Source: Bacteroidales bacterium (GTDB lineage: Bacteria; Bacteroidota; Bacteroidia; Bacteroidales; UBA7960). From it: a stretch of DNA of 64,000 nt. Location: contig SKVW01000059.1 in assembly GCA_007129255.1 (NCBI GenBank), positions 2,204 through 66,203 on the forward strand, written 5' to 3'. Of the stretch, positions 42,371 through 52,188 are shown one piece after another. The stretch's first letter is position 1; every line of letters starts with the position of its first letter. The position numbers and the translations under genes are program-made. A model generated the notes under the pieces. The model made no database searches, had not been told where the DNA came from, and worked only from the letters and a program-made list of their open reading frames with translations.

Positions 42371-42385
42371 AAAATTTAATCTGTA

Positions 42386-43537
42386 ATGTCAAAAAGAGAT
42401 TATTACGAAATACTGGGGCTTTCCAAAAACGCTTCAGCCGAAGAAATAAAAAAAGCATACCGGCAAAAAGCTTTGAAGTATCACCCAGACAAAAACCAGG
42501 GTGATGAAACTGCCGAAAGCAAATTTAAGGAAGCGGCAGAAGCCTATGAGGTGCTGGGCAATCCTGAAAAAAAATCACGTTACGACCAGTTCGGACATGC
42601 CGGCATGGGCAATAACTTTGGGCAAGGCGGTTTTGGAGGAGGAATGTCCATGGAGGACATTTTCAGCCAGTTTGGAGACATCTTCGGCGGTGCCTTTGGT
42701 GGCGGTTTTGGCAGGAGCGGCTTCGGGCGCACCTCCCGTAAGGTCAACCGGGGTACCAACCTGCGCGTCAAGGTCAAACTAACCCTGAAGGAAATCCTTA
42801 CCGGGGTCGAAAAGAAGATCAAGGTTAACAAATATGTCCCCTGCGATTCCTGCAAAGGAACCGGTGCCAAAGACGGAGGAGCTTTCAGCACCTGTAATAC
42901 CTGCAACGGTATGGGACAGGTTACCAGGGTCACCAACACTTTTCTTGGGCAGATGCAGACCACATCCACCTGCCCCCAATGCGGAGGTGAAGGCAAAACC
43001 ATTACCGATAAATGTTCTTCCTGCTACGGGAACGGTATTAAAAAAGGCGAGGAAGTGATCAGCATCAACATTCCGGCAGGAGTTGCCGAAGGCATGCAAC
43101 TTTCCCTCAGTGGAAAAGGCAATGCTGCGGCAAGGGGTGGCATACCCGGCGACCTGATTGTAATGGTGGAAGAGGTGCCCCATGAAAAACTGATCAGGGA
43201 TGGCAGCAACCTGTTGTACGAACATTATATCAGCTTTCCGCAGGCGGTATTAGGTACCAGCATTGACGTGCCCACCCTGGAGGGAAAAGCACGCATCAAA
43301 ATAGAACCCGGCACCCAGGCAGGAAAAGTACTCAGGCTGAAAGGCAAAGGGCTGCCAGGTGTAAACGCTTACGGAAGGGGCGATCTTTTGGTAAATGTGA
43401 ATATCTGGACCCCGCAAAAAGTTTCCGGGGAAGAAAAAGACATACTTGAATCCCTGGACGATTCGGAAAATTTCAAACCCAACCCCAAAAAAAGTGATAA
43501 AAGCTTTTTTGAGCGGATGAAAGAGGTTTTTCACTAA
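42386..43537 (+). CDS. dnaJ: Molecular chaperone DnaJ
   Basis: J-domain with HPD (YHPDKN), a G/F-rich linker, and four CxxCxGxG zinc-finger repeats. Confidence 0.97.
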   Translation: MSKRDYYEILGLSKNASAEEIKKAYRQKALKYHPDKNQGDETAESKFKEAAEAYEVLGNPEKKSRYDQFGHAGMGNNFGQGGFGGGMSMEDIFSQFGDIFGGAFGGGFGRSGFGRTSRKVNRGTNLRVKVKLTLKEILTGVEKKIKVNKYVPCDSCKGTGAKDGGAFSTCNTCNGMGQVTRVTNTFLGQMQTTSTCPQCGGEGKTITDKCSSCYGNGIKKGEEVISINIPAGVAEGMQLSLSGKGNAAARGGIPGDLIVMVEEVPHEKLIRDGSNLLYEHYISFPQAVLGTSIDVPTLEGKARIKIEPGTQAGKVLRLKGKGLPGVNAYGRGDLLVNVNIWTPQKVSGEEKDILESLDDSENFKPNPKKSDKSFFERMKEVFH

Positions 43538-43549
43538 TTCTGCCCTGCT

Positions 43550-44530
43550 ATGACCCTTTTGCTCCGTTCAGAAAATATTACTAAAAATTATACCAACCAT
43601 TGTGCCCTTGACAATGTGAGTATTGAGGTGTCGGAACAAAGCATTTACGGGCTGCTTGGACCCAACGGAGCAGGAAAAACAACCCTGATACGGATCATTA
43701 ACCAGATCATCTCTCCCGACCAGGGACATTTATTTTTCCGTGATCAGGCGCTCAACCCCGCGCATGTGCACAAAATCGGATACCTTCCCGAAGAACGCGG
43801 CCTTTACAAAAAAATGAAAGTGGGTGAGCAGGCCATTTACCTGGCACAGCTCAAAGGATTAAAAAGACAGCAAGCCCGCAAATTGCTTAAGGGCTGGTTC
43901 GATAAGTTTGACCTGCTTCCCTGGTGGGACAAAAAAGTGGAAGAGCTTTCCAAGGGGATGCAGCAAAAAGTGCAGTTTATCATTACGGTTTTACACCAAC
44001 CGGAACTGCTGATCTTTGATGAACCCTTCAGCGGATTTGACCCCATCAACGTAAACCTGCTCAAACAGGAGATCCTCAGGCTGCGTAATGAAGGAGCCAC
44101 CATCATTTTTTCTACCCACAATATGGGATCGGTAGAAGAGCTTTGCGACCATATTGCCCTGATCGATAAGTCCAAAAAAATTCTGGATGGCAACGTCAGA
44201 CAGGTAAAAAAGGATCATGCCACCCATATTTTCCAGTTAGAAATGGAAGGGCTGAAAAAGCCCCTGGAGAATATCCTGGACAAACCTTTCGAAATCATAA
44301 AAACCTGGAAACATAACGGCCATACCATGGCCAGGGTAAAAGTCAATGCACCGGCCACCTCCAACGACCTTGTGAAAAAAGTTCTGGATCATTCTCATCT
44401 TGTGGCCTTCAGCGAACTCACGCCAACCATGAATGATATTTTCATAAAAAATGTAACCGGCAAATACCCCATGGAAACCCATGATGCCAACCACAGAATA
44501 AACCCGGAAGAATTACCGTTAGAGCAATAA
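43550..44530 (+). CDS. ABC transporter ATP-binding protein (ABC-2/NatA-like)
   Basis: Walker A GPNGAGKTT, signature LSKGMQQK, Walker B LLIFDEP, plus an extra C-terminal domain. Confidence 0.9.
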   Translation: MTLLLRSENITKNYTNHCALDNVSIEVSEQSIYGLLGPNGAGKTTLIRIINQIISPDQGHLFFRDQALNPAHVHKIGYLPEERGLYKKMKVGEQAIYLAQLKGLKRQQARKLLKGWFDKFDLLPWWDKKVEELSKGMQQKVQFIITVLHQPELLIFDEPFSGFDPINVNLLKQEILRLRNEGATIIFSTHNMGSVEELCDHIALIDKSKKILDGNVRQVKKDHATHIFQLEMEGLKKPLENILDKPFEIIKTWKHNGHTMARVKVNAPATSNDLVKKVLDHSHLVAFSELTPTMNDIFIKNVTGKYPMETHDANHRINPEELPLEQ

Positions 44531-44548
44531 TAAACGCAAAATTTTTTA

Positions 44549-45883
44549 ATGAGTAAAACAGGAATCATTATAAAAAGGGAATACGCCAGCCGGGTCCGGA
44601 AAAGGTCATTTATCGTAATGACCATTCTTGGTCCTTTGCTTTTGGCCGCTCTTTTTGTTGCCCCGGCAATCATTGCGCAAATCTCGGAAGAGGATTACCA
44701 GGTTGCCATTGTGGATGATTCCGGCCTGTTTTACGACCGTTTCAAAGACGCCAACAACGTCCGCTTTACCCATTTACCGGTAGGCATTGACTTTGCCCTG
44801 GAGCAAATGAAAGAAAACCGGTTTGATGCCGTATTGCATATTCCTGAAACGGCATTCCAGGCCCCTTCAACCCTAAGGTTGTTTTCTGAAAAAGCTGCCA
44901 ACCTCAATGCCAAATTGTATATTGAGAATGTACTCAAGCATGAGTTTGAAAGCCTGAAAATGAGTGCTGCTGGCATTGATAAAGAAGTGCTAAGAGCCAT
45001 CGAAACACCTATCAGCATTCATGCAGTCCGGATTCTGGATGACGGGCTGGAGCAGGCAGATTACCCCGAGGTAACCATGGGCCTTGGCCTGGTAAGCGGC
45101 ATCCTGATTTATATTTTCATTTTTCTTTTCGGTTCACAGGTACTTCGCGGGGTGCTGGAGGAAAAATCCAGCCGCATTGTGGAAATTATCGTTTCTTCGG
45201 TAAAGCCATTTCAATTGATGGCCGGAAAGATCATCGGCATTGGTCTGGTAGGTCTCACCCAGTTTTTAATCTGGATCATCCTTACTTTCTCCATTATCGG
45301 AGTTACCCAGGCGGCATTTCCGGAGCTGTTTCGTTTTACCCCCGATGAGCAGGTATACATCACCAGCAGCCAGATGCTCAACCCCGAGGATCTGAAACAA
45401 CAAATGGAAACTATACAACAGTTTGATACCACTGCCGGACGCATCCTGGAAGGATTATCTGCCATTAACTTCCCGGTGATGATCCTTTCTTTTATCTTTT
45501 ATTTCCTGGGAGGCTACCTGCTCTATTCTTCACTTTTTGCGGCAATCGGTGCTGCTGTAGACAATGAAGCCGACACACAGCAATTCATGCTGCCGGTTAC
45601 CATTCCCTTGCTCTTTGCCTTGATCATGGGGCAAATGGTAATCAATAACCCTTCCGGAGACATGGCTTTCTGGCTTTCCATGATTCCGCTGACCTCCCCG
45701 GTGATCATGATGGTGCGGATACCTTTCGGTGTACCCTATTTTGACCTGTTTCTTTCCGCAGGCTTACTTATTCTTGGCTTTATGTTTACCACCTGGCTGG
45801 CTGCAAAAATATACCGCACCGGCATCCTGATGCATGGGAAAAAAATTACTTATTCCGTGATCTGGAAGTGGATAAAACAATAA
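44549..45883 (+). CDS. ABC-2 family transporter permease (NatB-like)
   Basis: An N-terminal TM helix, a large extracytoplasmic loop and then five TM helices. It is 19 nt downstream of the ATPase gene. Confidence 0.85.
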   Translation: MSKTGIIIKREYASRVRKRSFIVMTILGPLLLAALFVAPAIIAQISEEDYQVAIVDDSGLFYDRFKDANNVRFTHLPVGIDFALEQMKENRFDAVLHIPETAFQAPSTLRLFSEKAANLNAKLYIENVLKHEFESLKMSAAGIDKEVLRAIETPISIHAVRILDDGLEQADYPEVTMGLGLVSGILIYIFIFLFGSQVLRGVLEEKSSRIVEIIVSSVKPFQLMAGKIIGIGLVGLTQFLIWIILTFSIIGVTQAAFPELFRFTPDEQVYITSSQMLNPEDLKQQMETIQQFDTTAGRILEGLSAINFPVMILSFIFYFLGGYLLYSSLFAAIGAAVDNEADTQQFMLPVTIPLLFALIMGQMVINNPSGDMAFWLSMIPLTSPVIMMVRIPFGVPYFDLFLSAGLLILGFMFTTWLAAKIYRTGILMHGKKITYSVIWKWIKQ

Positions 45884-45978
45884 AACTTCCTCATCTTGTC
45901 CAGGGCATTAACCGGGAATGGGATTAATTCCGCAAGCTTATAAAGCTCCGGTTTTTAGAACAAAGGTTGCCTCGAGGT

Positions 45979-46521
45979 TTATTGGGGAGACTCCTGTTTG
46001 CGCTTGCGCTTGTGCAGGTATTCCAGAACCCTTGGATAGGCAATTCTGAACCAAATGGTGTATTTATCCGGGTTTTCTTCCATGTCTTTTGACAGAAAGT
46101 CAATATCTGCCCAGGAATATTCTGCCACCTCGTCGGGATTGATGTCGATGTTGTCCGAACAAAATCCTATGAGTACATGGTCAAACTCATGCTCGGTGAG
46201 GCCGTTCTCAAAGCCTGCCTTGTAAATAAAGCTGAAGGCCGGTTTCAGATTGCATTTCATGCCCATTTCTTCCATCAGGCGACGATTGGCAGCCTCCATT
46301 ACTGATTCCCCTTTGCGGGGGTGACTACAGCAGGTATTGGCCCACATGCCTGGCGAATGATACTTTTCAAAGGCCCTGCGCTGGATCAGCAATTTGTTGT
46401 TATTAAATATAAAAACAGAGAAGGCACGATGCAACAAGCCTTTTTCATGGGCTTCCATTTTACCCATCTCCCCTATTGCATTGTCTTGCTCATCAACCAA
46501 TATTACCTTTTCTTCCTGCAT
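45979..46521 (-). CDS. idi: Isopentenyl-diphosphate delta-isomerase, type 1 (Nudix fold)
   Basis: LHRAFSVFIFN, WANTCCSHP (catalytic Cys context), and the EHEFDHV motif. Confidence 0.88.
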   Translation of the reverse strand: MQEEKVILVDEQDNAIGEMGKMEAHEKGLLHRAFSVFIFNNNKLLIQRRAFEKYHSPGMWANTCCSHPRKGESVMEAANRRLMEEMGMKCNLKPAFSFIYKAGFENGLTEHEFDHVLIGFCSDNIDINPDEVAEYSWADIDFLSKDMEENPDKYTIWFRIAYPRVLEYLHKRKRKQESPQ

Positions 46522-46651
46522 AAAATTTATTTTTCAACTATCTTTTATTTAAATGGCGTTTTCTTTACACCGGTTATTTTATCGTTTCTAAAAAATCCAG
46601 GGTTTTCCTGTTTCAAACTTAAGACAATTTTTTCAGCCATGCCGGAAAAAT

Positions 46652-48142
46652 TTATCCCGATTGTTTTAAAGAGGTTTCCAGTTTTACAATCTCTTCGGCT
46701 GCCACTTGTCCGGAGATTATGGAGGGGGGCATTCCGGGTCCCGGGGTGGTCAGCTGACCGGCGTAGAGTAAGTTGCCGACTTTTTTGGAATGCATTTTCG
46801 GCTTCATAAAAGCTGTTTGCATCAGGGTGTTTCCCAGCCCATAGGCATTGCCTTTGTAAGCATTGTAATCTTTTGAAAAATCCTTGTGGGCATAACTGCG
46901 CTTGTAAACCAGGTGTTTATCCAGATCCTCGCCGGTAAGCAGCCTTAGCCTTTCCACCACCTGCCGGAAGTACAATTCCCGCGTGGTTTCATTGTCTTCC
47001 AGACCCGGAGCCACCGGAATCAGCACCATCAGGTTTTCCATCCCTTCGGGGGAAACGGAGGAGTCGGTTTTTGAAGTTACAGAAATATACATCAAAGGGT
47101 CGGATGGCCATACCGGCTCCTCAAACAATTCATGGGCATGTTTCCTGAAATCGCGATCAAAAAACAGGTTGTGGTGTTCCAAGCCTTCAAGTTTTTTATC
47201 CACCCCAAGATAAAAGATCAGTGAGGATGGAGCCATTTCGCGTTTATCCCAGTAACGGGGGGTATACCGCCGGGATGGCTCCGGCAAAAGTTGCTGCTCC
47301 ACATGATGATAATCCGCCGAAGCCACTATATAATCTGCGGGAAGAACCTCCCCGTTTACCACAACTCCTTTGGCCTGTCCGTTTTTCACTTCAATTCGCT
47401 CCACCGGGGCATTATAAGAAAAGGCGACCCCCAAAGATTTGGCCAATGCTTCAAATCCTTTGATTACCTCAAACATCCCCCCCATGGGATACCAGGTTCC
47501 AAGTGCTATATCGGCATGGTTCATCAGGCTGTACAATGCGGGTGCACGGCGCGGGGTAGCACCAAGGAAGATCACCGGAAATTCCAGGATGGGCCACAAA
47601 CGGGGGTTTTTAAAATATTTACGGACGTAATTATGAAAAGAATGAAACACATGCAACTTCAGGCTACCCTTGATCACCTCCCACTCCATAAACTCAAAGG
47701 GCGTTTTGGCCGGACGGTATACCAGCTCATTGACTCCAATTTTGTATTTGAAGGCTGCTTCATCCAGGTATCGATGAAGCATTTTCCCGGCTCCCGGCTC
47801 CATTTTTTCAAAAACCTTCATTACATTTTCTTTGCCAGCCGGGATATTGACCGAATCTTCCGGTCCGTAAAAAACCTTGTAGGAGGGATCTACCCGAACC
47901 AGCTTGTAATAGTCCGATGCGCTTTTTCCGAATCGGTTAAAAAACCGCTCCAACACATCCGGGAGCCAATACCAGCTTGGGCCCATATCAAACAAAAAAC
48001 CTTCCTCCTCCAGCTTTCGTGCCCGGCCGCCAGCAATGGCATTTTTTTCCAACACCCGAACATTAAACCCTTTGTCGGCCAACACACAGGCAGCCGATAA
48101 GCCTGAAAAGCCCGCACCAATTACAATCACTTCTTTTTTCAT
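46652..48142 (-). CDS. crtI: Phytoene desaturase-family carotenoid desaturase (CrtI/CrtD-like)
   Basis: N-terminal FAD fold VIGAGFSGLSAACVLADKGFNVRVLEKN..AGGRA and C-terminal carotene-desaturase signature LYAGQLTTPGPGMPPSIISG. The exact substrate is not determinable from sequence. Confidence 0.8.
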   Translation of the reverse strand: MKKEVIVIGAGFSGLSAACVLADKGFNVRVLEKNAIAGGRARKLEEEGFLFDMGPSWYWLPDVLERFFNRFGKSASDYYKLVRVDPSYKVFYGPEDSVNIPAGKENVMKVFEKMEPGAGKMLHRYLDEAAFKYKIGVNELVYRPAKTPFEFMEWEVIKGSLKLHVFHSFHNYVRKYFKNPRLWPILEFPVIFLGATPRRAPALYSLMNHADIALGTWYPMGGMFEVIKGFEALAKSLGVAFSYNAPVERIEVKNGQAKGVVVNGEVLPADYIVASADYHHVEQQLLPEPSRRYTPRYWDKREMAPSSLIFYLGVDKKLEGLEHHNLFFDRDFRKHAHELFEEPVWPSDPLMYISVTSKTDSSVSPEGMENLMVLIPVAPGLEDNETTRELYFRQVVERLRLLTGEDLDKHLVYKRSYAHKDFSKDYNAYKGNAYGLGNTLMQTAFMKPKMHSKKVGNLLYAGQLTTPGPGMPPSIISGQVAAEEIVKLETSLKQSG

Positions 48143-48194
48143 CCTGTTTTTTTTGACCTGAACTTTTTATCCCGGGGAAATCTCCCACCAAAAT

Positions 48195-48202
48195 CAAAAT
48201 TA
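48195..48202 (-). promoter_or_regulatory. Candidate -7 box TAATTTTG for crtI-idi
   Basis: The plus strand reads caaaatta, so the minus strand reads TAATTTTG, about 53 nt upstream of the crtI ATG (48142). Confidence 0.35.
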
Positions 48203-48424
48203 AATATATTTCCAGTTTCCAATTATGGAATCTACTATATTAAGCAAAATTGCTCTTCTTTTGTTTACTTATTTTAAATAAATTCTAAACATTTTTTTAA
48301 GGGGCGTAAATTTGAAGCTTCCCTGAACATTGTAAATAAAATGAATTCTGAAATTATACACATTTTTTATTGTTTAATGCAATGTTTGGTTCAAAAAAGT
48401 TGATCCTTTATCATCCATAATTCC

Positions 48425-48432
48425 TAATTTTG
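48425..48432 (+). promoter_or_regulatory. Candidate -7 box TAATTTTG(CC) for the Ppx/GppA gene
   Basis: The box ends 8 nt before the first in-frame ATG (48441). This argues that the real start is the second ATG at 48486. Confidence 0.4.
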
Positions 48433-48485
48433 CCTGCATCATGAAACCAAATCCGGTTAACCTGAATATCCACAATTCCCATCTC

Positions 48486-49433
48486 ATGAAAACCGCCATA
48501 ATCGATTGCGGCACCAATACCTTTCACCTGTTGCTTGCAGAACACGACCGAAAAGGCAATTACCGGGTACTGGTTAATGACAAATTGAGCGTTAAATTAG
48601 TAGAAGGGCGCATTTTACAAAATGAGATCGCCCCGGAACCTTTCCACCGGGGACTGAAAGCCTTTGAAGAACTTGCTGCCAAAGCCCGCAAATACAAACC
48701 GGATTTTCTGGAGGCCTATGCCACTTCTGCAATTCGCAGTGCTTCCAATGGTTCTGATTTTGTAAATAAAGTATTCGGGTCAACGGGGATCTCCATTAAG
48801 GTAATTGACGGGGATGAAGAAGCTTTGCTCATTTACAAGGGAGTGAAGCTGGCCATGGGAAACATTGAACAACCCATCCTGATCATGGATATAGGAGGAG
48901 GCAGCACCGAGTTTATCCTGGCAAAAAACAACTCCATTCTCTGGAAGCAAAGCTTTAAACTTGGGGTTGCCCGTCTTTTGCAAACTTTCAATCCTTCCGA
49001 TCCCTTTACAGCAAAAGACATCAGGGCACTGCAAGCATTTTTTGAAAAAGAACTCGGGCCGTTAAAAGAACAAATAAAGAGGGTTGCGCCTTCCATGCTC
49101 GTGGGTTGCTCCGGTTCCTTTGAGTCCCTAGCCTCCATGATCGGCATGCGTTTTTACGAACGGGAACCTCATAAGACTTTGCGTGTTTTTCCTTTTAAAG
49201 AAAGGGAATACCTTGAAATTCATAACTTACTGCTTCATTCGGATGAAGCAGCCCGATACCAGATACCGGGGCTGGTGCCCATGCGGGTCGATACCATTGT
49301 ATATGCTTCCATTTTTATCCATTTTGTGAAGCATCATTTCAACATCCCTGAAATGGCCCTCTCTTATTTTGCGCTAAAGGAAGGTGCCTTTTCAGATATC
49401 CTGAAAAAAGAATCCGGTGAAATAATTAAATAA
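48486..49433 (+). CDS. Ppx/GppA-family phosphatase (exopolyphosphatase / pppGpp phosphohydrolase, catalytic domains only)
   Basis: MKTAIIDCGTNTFHLLL (the ASKHA phosphate-1 motif) and DIGGGSTEF (phosphate-2). No C-terminal HD domain is present. The track ORF starts 45 nt earlier (48441). Confidence 0.85.
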   Translation: MKTAIIDCGTNTFHLLLAEHDRKGNYRVLVNDKLSVKLVEGRILQNEIAPEPFHRGLKAFEELAAKARKYKPDFLEAYATSAIRSASNGSDFVNKVFGSTGISIKVIDGDEEALLIYKGVKLAMGNIEQPILIMDIGGGSTEFILAKNNSILWKQSFKLGVARLLQTFNPSDPFTAKDIRALQAFFEKELGPLKEQIKRVAPSMLVGCSGSFESLASMIGMRFYEREPHKTLRVFPFKEREYLEIHNLLLHSDEAARYQIPGLVPMRVDTIVYASIFIHFVKHHFNIPEMALSYFALKEGAFSDILKKESGEIIK

Positions 49434-49510
49434 GAAACAGCCTGTTGCCGGAGGTCTTTAATTGTTCCATAATTTTTATCTTTGCCCTCTGAAATCAAAT
49501 CCCCGAAACC

Positions 49511-50686
49511 ATGGCCAAAATACTTGTAATAGATGATGAGCGCAGCATACGCAACACCCTGAAAGACATCCTGGAATACGAGAAGTATGAGGTGGAGCTG
49601 GCCGAAGATGGTTTTGAAGCTTTGGAAAAAGTGGACAAGGCCAAATTTGATGTGGTTCTGTGCGACATCAAAATGCCCAAAATGGATGGCATGGAAGTTC
49701 TTGGCAAGGTGCAGGAAAAGGACCCGGATGCAACCTTCGTGATGATCTCCGGGCATGGGACCATTGATACCGCCGTGGAAGCCATCAAAAAGGGGGCTTA
49801 TGATTTCATATCCAAACCCCTGGACCTGAACCGCCTGCTGATCACCATCCGCAACGCCATGGACAAAACCCAGCTGGTTTCCGAAACCCGGGTTTTGAAG
49901 CGAAAGGTGAGCAAAACCCATGAAATGATTGGGGAATCGGAGCCCATCAAACGCATCAAGGAAATGATTCAGCGGGTGGCACCCACCGAAGCCCGTATTT
50001 TTATTACCGGAGAAAACGGCACCGGCAAGGAGCTGGTGGCCCGCTGGCTGCATGAATTGAGCAACCGGGCAAAAGGACCCTTTATTGAGGTAAACTGCGC
50101 GGCCATTCCTTCCGAACTTATCGAAAGCGAATTGTTTGGCCATGAAAAAGGCTCCTTTACTTCGGCTATCAAACAAAAAAAAGGAAATTTTGAGCTCGCC
50201 ACCGGCGGCACAATTTTCCTGGATGAGATCGGGGATATGAGCCTGGCCGCCCAGGCCAAAGTGTTGCGCACCCTGCAGGAAAACAAGATCACCAGGGTGG
50301 GAGGAGAAAAGGAAATACCGGTAGACGTGCGAATCGTTGCTGCCACCAACAAAGACATCCAAAAAGAAATTGAGCAGGGAAATTTCAGGGAAGACCTTTA
50401 CCACCGCCTGAGCGTGATCCTTATTCATGTGCCCACCCTCAATGAACGTGAAGAGGATATTCCCCTGCTGGCTGAACATTTTCTGCAGGAACTTATCGTA
50501 GAACAGGGCATGCCGCCGAAAGAATTTACCGAAGATGCCCTTGAAGCCCTGAAAAAAATCCAATGGACCGGAAATATCAGGGAACTCCGCAATGTGGTGG
50601 AGCGCCTTGCCATTCTTTGCGACAGGGAAATAACCGGCAAAGACGTGGAAACCTTTGCCCAGCCTTTAAGCGCTACCAAAAAATAA
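49511..50686 (+). CDS. Sigma-54-dependent response regulator (receiver + AAA+ domains) lacking the C-terminal HTH DNA-binding domain
   Basis: Receiver domain (ILVIDDE...DVVLCDIKMPKMDG); AAA+ Walker A GENGTGKE; GAFTGA-type loop ELFGHEKGSFTSA; Walker B IFLDEIGDM; R-finger NIRELRN. Only 28 aa follow the R-finger before the stop. Confidence 0.9.
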   Translation: MAKILVIDDERSIRNTLKDILEYEKYEVELAEDGFEALEKVDKAKFDVVLCDIKMPKMDGMEVLGKVQEKDPDATFVMISGHGTIDTAVEAIKKGAYDFISKPLDLNRLLITIRNAMDKTQLVSETRVLKRKVSKTHEMIGESEPIKRIKEMIQRVAPTEARIFITGENGTGKELVARWLHELSNRAKGPFIEVNCAAIPSELIESELFGHEKGSFTSAIKQKKGNFELATGGTIFLDEIGDMSLAAQAKVLRTLQENKITRVGGEKEIPVDVRIVAATNKDIQKEIEQGNFREDLYHRLSVILIHVPTLNEREEDIPLLAEHFLQELIVEQGMPPKEFTEDALEALKKIQWTGNIRELRNVVERLAILCDREITGKDVETFAQPLSATKK

Positions 50687-50705
50687 ACTTTATTTAATCG
50701 CTTTT

Positions 50706-52034
50706 TTAAGGATGTATCGGATCCAGTGCCTCGGTTTCCCTGAAAAAAATAAAGGCATCGTACCTTAAGGGTACAATGGTCATTACAAACTGATGCATGT
50801 CATTTCGGGGGTTGTAAACCACACCAACAGCACGGTTACCGATAGGCTCCATGAATAGGTCGTGGGTGCGGTCTTCATCATCAAAAATAATGAACAACTG
50901 CTCCATACCGGTATCTTTAAAAACCCTTTCAATGCTGTGGTGCCTGGCCTCCGGAATGGTCATCTTTTGGCGGGGGGAGTCCCATTCTGATCCCGCTTTC
51001 ACGGTGCCTTCATAGGTTCCAAAACCAATAAGAAATACGCTCTCCGGGCCATGGTCGACGCGTGTAAGTTGTCCGATGTTTTTCTGTCCGCGGTTTTGCA
51101 TTTCGGTAAACCTGGCATCACCGATATGGGTATTGTGAGCCCACACGATCCCTTGGGAATCCTCTCCGTACCATTCCAAAAGGTTATTGACCGTTTGATC
51201 CATATAGCTTACCCTTGCATTCCAGGCAGAGGCATCCCTGCGGGTAGCGGATTTGCGGTAAAACTTCTCGGCATGCTTAATGACCAGGGCATTCTGCAGG
51301 GCGTAAAAATAAGCGTAATCATCTGCCTGATCCAGGCGATCCCGGCTTTCCCTGATCAATTCCACCAGTGCTGAAGTCTCTGAGGTGCAGTCTTCACCTG
51401 TCCTTATTACATCCTGTGCATAATTCCATGAATCACCATCATAGGGAGCAAAGCAATCAAGATAGTCTTTGGCGGTTTCATAAGTGTCGGTGTCGTGTTT
51501 CCTGACAAAATCCAGCACGGCATCTTTGGACCTCCATTCATCATAAACATCCTTTCCATAGAAACCTGCTTTTTCTTCCATAGGCAGGTTGTCGTTATGG
51601 CTGCGCAGCCATTCGGCAAGGGCCACCACCTGCTCATTGCCCCACATCCATTGCGGCCAGCGATCCAGTTGTTCCAAAACCTCCCTGGCACTGGAAGCAG
51701 CGCCGGGCATATCCTTTACATAACGGTTCAACTCATACAGGCTGGCCCAGTCGCCTTCCACGGCAATAAAATTAAAACCATGGTCTGCTATCAGTCTGCG
51801 ACTCAAGGAATCACGCCATGCATAATATTCACGGGTGCCATGGCTGGCTTCTCCCATCAACACCAGCTTTCGCTCCCCGGCCCTGGTAAGCATCTGTTCC
51901 AAATCCCCGGTACTGTTTAAAGCATTGACCCTGGAAGATAAGTAGGAAACCAAATCGTCTTTTTCATTATTGCCTCCATAACTGCATGAAAACATCATGG
52001 CCAAAGCCAGGGTAAGTAAAATCAATTTTTTCAT
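50706..52034 (-). CDS. Erythromycin-esterase-family (EreA/ChaN/TIKI-superfamily) lipoprotein
   Basis: The real start is at MKKLILLTLALAMMFSC (ATG at 52034; signal peptide plus Cys). The Ere-family N-terminal motif is LVLMGEASHGTREYY...FNFIAVEGDWA. The 121 codons upstream in the track ORF overlap the neighbouring receptor gene and look non-coding. Confidence 0.8.
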   Translation of the reverse strand: MKKLILLTLALAMMFSCSYGGNNEKDDLVSYLSSRVNALNSTGDLEQMLTRAGERKLVLMGEASHGTREYYAWRDSLSRRLIADHGFNFIAVEGDWASLYELNRYVKDMPGAASSAREVLEQLDRWPQWMWGNEQVVALAEWLRSHNDNLPMEEKAGFYGKDVYDEWRSKDAVLDFVRKHDTDTYETAKDYLDCFAPYDGDSWNYAQDVIRTGEDCTSETSALVELIRESRDRLDQADDYAYFYALQNALVIKHAEKFYRKSATRRDASAWNARVSYMDQTVNNLLEWYGEDSQGIVWAHNTHIGDARFTEMQNRGQKNIGQLTRVDHGPESVFLIGFGTYEGTVKAGSEWDSPRQKMTIPEARHHSIERVFKDTGMEQLFIIFDDEDRTHDLFMEPIGNRAVGVVYNPRNDMHQFVMTIVPLRYDAFIFFRETEALDPIHP

Positions 52035-52188
52035 AGAGATAGTGTTTGAGGGTTCCGTTTGTACAAATATAGGAAAAGAAAATGAAGGACTTTCTTCAGG
52101 TTTTCTGCAGAAAAAGAAATGCGCTTTTATCAATACAAACTGAACTACCGGATAGCATTTTTTCAGGATGATTTTTCCGGCAGGAAAA

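Noticed and set aside
49364-50563. 399-aa ORF on the minus strand, as long as the gene it overlaps
   Set aside because: It is fully antisense to the sigma-54 activator, whose + strand product has complete receiver and AAA+ motifs. The antisense product is F/H/G-rich with no recognisable motif. It is a shadow ORF of codon-biased coding DNA.
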